Part shown: in pieces, positions 61,247-64,000 of the stretch
Position numbering within the stretch: position 1 is the first letter of the stretch
Layout: each line of letters begins with the position of its first letter
DNA from: a virus
Reading direction: 5' to 3' (one strand)
IMG/VR virus record: IMGVR_UViG_3300025108_000015
Coordinates: 64,001 to 128,000 of that record
DNA: 64,000 nt
Made by a program: the position numbers and the translations under genes
Notes under the pieces: generated by a model
Seen by the model: only the letters and a program-made list of their open reading frames with translations
What the model was told of the DNA's origin: nothing
Database searches by the model: none

Positions 61247-61752
61247 TGAATAAACGTGGCGTAAGACGTAATGGTAGAGGTCAGATAATCTCATACGAGA
61301 TTGATGGCGCATCCGATTCTAATGTAGATTCACAAATATATGGTGATGTTACACTTACATCGGATGATAATAATTATAGTAGTACTATAAAGCATGACTT
61401 GATACAAAGGTCAAGTCGGCCATTTTTTAATTCAGACCAGCAGCCAATATCTGTTTCGTATGAAACGTATACTGATGTTGAATTTTCTGATGAGTTTATA
61501 AATGAAGTAGATATTAAGGAACCACGTGATGTGTTTGCTGTATTTACGTTCCAATCTTTAGTAAGAAATATAAATGAAGGTGTGGTAGGCCCAACGGCAG
61601 GTCCAACCGGCCCACAAGGTACGACAGGTCCAACAACAGGTTTTGGTTCAACAACTCCAACGACAGGTTTTGGCTCAACCGGTCCAGGCCGACCATCCCC
61701 AACACCGTCACCAAGCGGACCTTCGGGTGGTGGATTTAAAGGCGGACTATAA
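61246..61752 (+). CDS. Hypothetical structural protein with Gly/Pro/Thr-rich tail
   Basis: GPTAGPTGPQGTTGPTTGFGSTTPTTGFGST... Confidence 0.55.
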   Translation: MNKRGVRRNGRGQIISYEIDGASDSNVDSQIYGDVTLTSDDNNYSSTIKHDLIQRSSRPFFNSDQQPISVSYETYTDVEFSDEFINEVDIKEPRDVFAVFTFQSLVRNINEGVVGPTAGPTGPQGTTGPTTGFGSTTPTTGFGSTGPGRPSPTPSPSGPSGGGFKGGL

Positions 61753-61755
61753 TAT

Positions 61756-64000
61756 ATGTCATTGGATAGATTTAAAAATAAAGAAGAAGTTGTTGGGTTC
61801 GTTCCAACCTATGGAAACACATTTAACGATGGTGTCGATGGTACTCTTAGACCATTAACTGTAAATGATGTTGATGGTACACTTGCGCCCGGAGTTTTAT
61901 CAAAACTCAGACCCAACATGGAACGTCATGTATATTCTGGTGAAAACTTATTAAAGTCAACATACAAACTACCAATACCATATTCTGAAAATGGTAACAC
62001 GTATCCACTAATAACATTACAGCCTGAGAAAGATATCCGTGATGATGGATACTTACAAGGAGTTTATAGTATAGTTTACAACTTCATGCATAAATTAAAT
62101 GATGGTGTAAAAGTTAAAGCTATTGGTGGTGATAGGACTGAAGTATTACTTACTGTAAAAGACCCATACCAAATTTCGGAAGCGTCTATCATTAATGGGA
62201 ACGTGGGTTCAAGTATTAACAAGCCAGTTATCACTTCTAATGGAAATCCGGTGGTTGCCAATGCATTGTCAGCGAAATCACTCATGACCGCGTTTCAGTT
62301 ACCATCCGGACCTATTAATATCAACCCCAATCCACTTCCTCGTGATTTTGAAACACTAAAAGACTTATACTTCCAGCGAGCAAACACTGATTCTACCTTT
62401 ACACAAAATAGACCTGACTTTGTATTGAACTTAGGTGATAACAATATAATTGATATTGCAAGTGTGTATTTTGACCAAACACGTGTAGGGTTAGAGTTGA
62501 CTGAGAAATCATATCCAAATCGTGGTGGTAGATATAACCACGATGGTGGTGGTTTGATTTCAACCACGTATGTACCATTCGATAGACTATCAGAAAAGTT
62601 AGGTGTATTTACTGAATTTTTAGAAATATACACACCAGCTATCGGTGAACCAACCAAGGTGACTGATGAAAACGGAAATACATTCAATGCTGCTGGGCGC
62701 ATGACAGGTCGATGGAGAAGATTTTCACTATACTATGATGACAATAACCAACTTCAATGGAATGGGGCTAGAACATTTGACATCAATCAAGGTGACTCTA
62801 ATTTACCAGCAGTAACCCAAGCCCGAAGTGTAAGGGTTATTGAAACTGGCAAAAAAACTAATACTGATTTAAGTAAACTATACTTAACATACAAAAAATA
62901 TAATACTGATTTTGCATTTGATGTGAAGGATATTGTTGTTAAGTTAGCATCACCATTACCCGATAATATAGTTGTTAATAATTTAGTAGAATTAGATGCA
63001 CGTATTAAAGAAAGTTGGGTAGAGAAGTTAGTTATATTTCCAAGTATAGCTAATGTAAGTAGACCTAACTTTTCACAACCCAACTTTGAGTTAGATATGT
63101 CTGATGTTAAAAGTGCGGGTGGTACAGAATGGCAGAATTGGAACTCGTTGTTAGACGTAAACGCAACAACGTCACAACAATTAATAAATAAATATTTTAG
63201 TGGGTCGTTGGGTTCTATTGACTTAAACATAGACTATTCTGATTTTAAAAATTATGTACATTTTTCATCCGCAACTGAACGTGTAGATAATTTCTTATAC
63301 AAATTACAGCAAATCGAAGCTTACGATTCACGAATAAACACATTACTTAACGTTAGTGGTTCTGAAGCTATAACCAATATATCTCAATCAATGGTCCGAA
63401 GAGATACGTTGATTGGTGGTTTCGATGGATTTGAAAACCACTTGTATTATTCTGAACAACAAAGTAACTATACCCACTGGTCGTCATCAATATATACTAT
63501 TAAACCATACCCTAAACAATCAACATTTCCTCATGTGTTAAAACCAACTACATCTGTTGAAGGTACAACTTGGTATCAAAACACATACGCTAGCGCATCG
63601 TTGTTTGATGAATTTAATGATGCTTCTCTTAGAAATTCGATACCAATTTACCTAAAAGCAGACCCTCGTAATACAGAGTATATCACATTCGTAGATATGA
63701 TTGGCCAACACTTTGATATTCAGTGGACATATATCAACGCATTAACGAGTATAAATGAACGAGAAGAACACTTCAATGATGGTATGCCTGATGAGGTACT
63801 AAAGTCGGTAGCAGACTCTCTTGGGTGGAAATTGTCAACAGGATATTCAGACGTATCTCTTTGGAAATATGCATTGGGTGTTAATGCGGATGGAACTAAA
63901 TCACAAACCGGTACGTTGGAATCTAAGCCACGTGAGCAAATAACACATGAGATTTGGAGACGTATTGTAAATACAATTCCCATGTTGTACAAGACGAAGG
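61756..64000 (+). CDS. Large baseplate wedge protein (gp7-like), 3' truncated; absent from ORF track because no stop lies in the window
   Basis: Open frame MSLDRFKNK...DYSDFKNYVHFSSA.ER..NF.YK...FVDMIGQHFD...EIWRRIVNTIPMLYKTK. Confidence 0.7.
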   Translation, partial: MSLDRFKNKEEVVGFVPTYGNTFNDGVDGTLRPLTVNDVDGTLAPGVLSKLRPNMERHVYSGENLLKSTYKLPIPYSENGNTYPLITLQPEKDIRDDGYLQGVYSIVYNFMHKLNDGVKVKAIGGDRTEVLLTVKDPYQISEASIINGNVGSSINKPVITSNGNPVVANALSAKSLMTAFQLPSGPININPNPLPRDFETLKDLYFQRANTDSTFTQNRPDFVLNLGDNNIIDIASVYFDQTRVGLELTEKSYPNRGGRYNHDGGGLISTTYVPFDRLSEKLGVFTEFLEIYTPAIGEPTKVTDENGNTFNAAGRMTGRWRRFSLYYDDNNQLQWNGARTFDINQGDSNLPAVTQARSVRVIETGKKTNTDLSKLYLTYKKYNTDFAFDVKDIVVKLASPLPDNIVVNNLVELDARIKESWVEKLVIFPSIANVSRPNFSQPNFELDMSDVKSAGGTEWQNWNSLLDVNATTSQQLINKYFSGSLGSIDLNIDYSDFKNYVHFSSATERVDNFLYKLQQIEAYDSRINTLLNVSGSEAITNISQSMVRRDTLIGGFDGFENHLYYSEQQSNYTHWSSSIYTIKPYPKQSTFPHVLKPTTSVEGTTWYQNTYASASLFDEFNDASLRNSIPIYLKADPRNTEYITFVDMIGQHFDIQWTYINALTSINEREEHFNDGMPDEVLKSVADSLGWKLSTGYSDVSLWKYALGVNADGTKSQTGTLESKPREQITHEIWRRIVNTIPMLYKTK

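Noticed and set aside
1-64000. Minus-strand ORFs in the track (e.g. 10198..10641, 51985..52464, 55600..56118, 62295..63230)
   Set aside because: All are antisense shadows of well-supported + strand genes and lack recognisable motifs.
1-64000. Stop-codon reassignment as in some jumbo phages
   Set aside because: Conserved genes (groEL, thyA, clpP, uvsE) are full length under code 11, and TAA, TAG and TGA all end genes. No suppressor tRNA seen.
1-64000. Bacterial chromosome or integrated prophage origin for the window
   Set aside because: Uniform + strand, dense small hypothetical ORFs, stand-alone auxiliary genes and a myovirus baseplate operon, with no host operons, integrase or att boundary visible.

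Overview
AT-rich segment of a large lytic myovirus (jumbo-phage-like) genome. All credible genes are on the + strand, in the standard genetic code. The host is most likely a marine Bacteroidota (Flavobacteriia). This is inferred from T9SS C-terminal sorting domains, DUF4494- and TIGR03643-like genes, and more than 20 Bacteroidota-type TTG-N(19-20)-TAnnTT(T/A/G)n promoters. Layout: glycosyltransferases and endolysin (1-4.3 kb); a T9SS-cargo/outer-membrane locus (4.4-9.6 kb); putative head-packaged enzymes (9.6-14.9 kb); small early-gene cassettes (16-19 kb); groES-HNH-groEL-J-domain (19.3-23.2 kb); accessory enzymes (23-29 kb); a non-coding control region with DnaA boxes followed by duplicated small-gene modules (28.9-33.5 kb); thyA, FkbM and GT25 (35-38.7 kb); a tRNA cluster (39.4-40.5 kb); APS kinase, nucleotidyltransferase and thioesterase; a vWA plus MoxR AAA pair; hsp20, uvsE, clpP, an HD protein and a sigma factor; and the start of a baseplate operon running off the right end. 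The most striking observations are: (1) two covarying, non-canonical tRNA-Gly(UCC)-like RNAs that keep GlyRS identity elements but lack nearly all invariant tertiary and decoding nucleotides; (2) 11 promoters carrying a fixed-geometry TTAACA-N5-TTAACA direct repeat; (3) phage-encoded T9SS cargo; (4) a DnaA-box control region. All family calls come from motif recognition by eye; no database searches were run.
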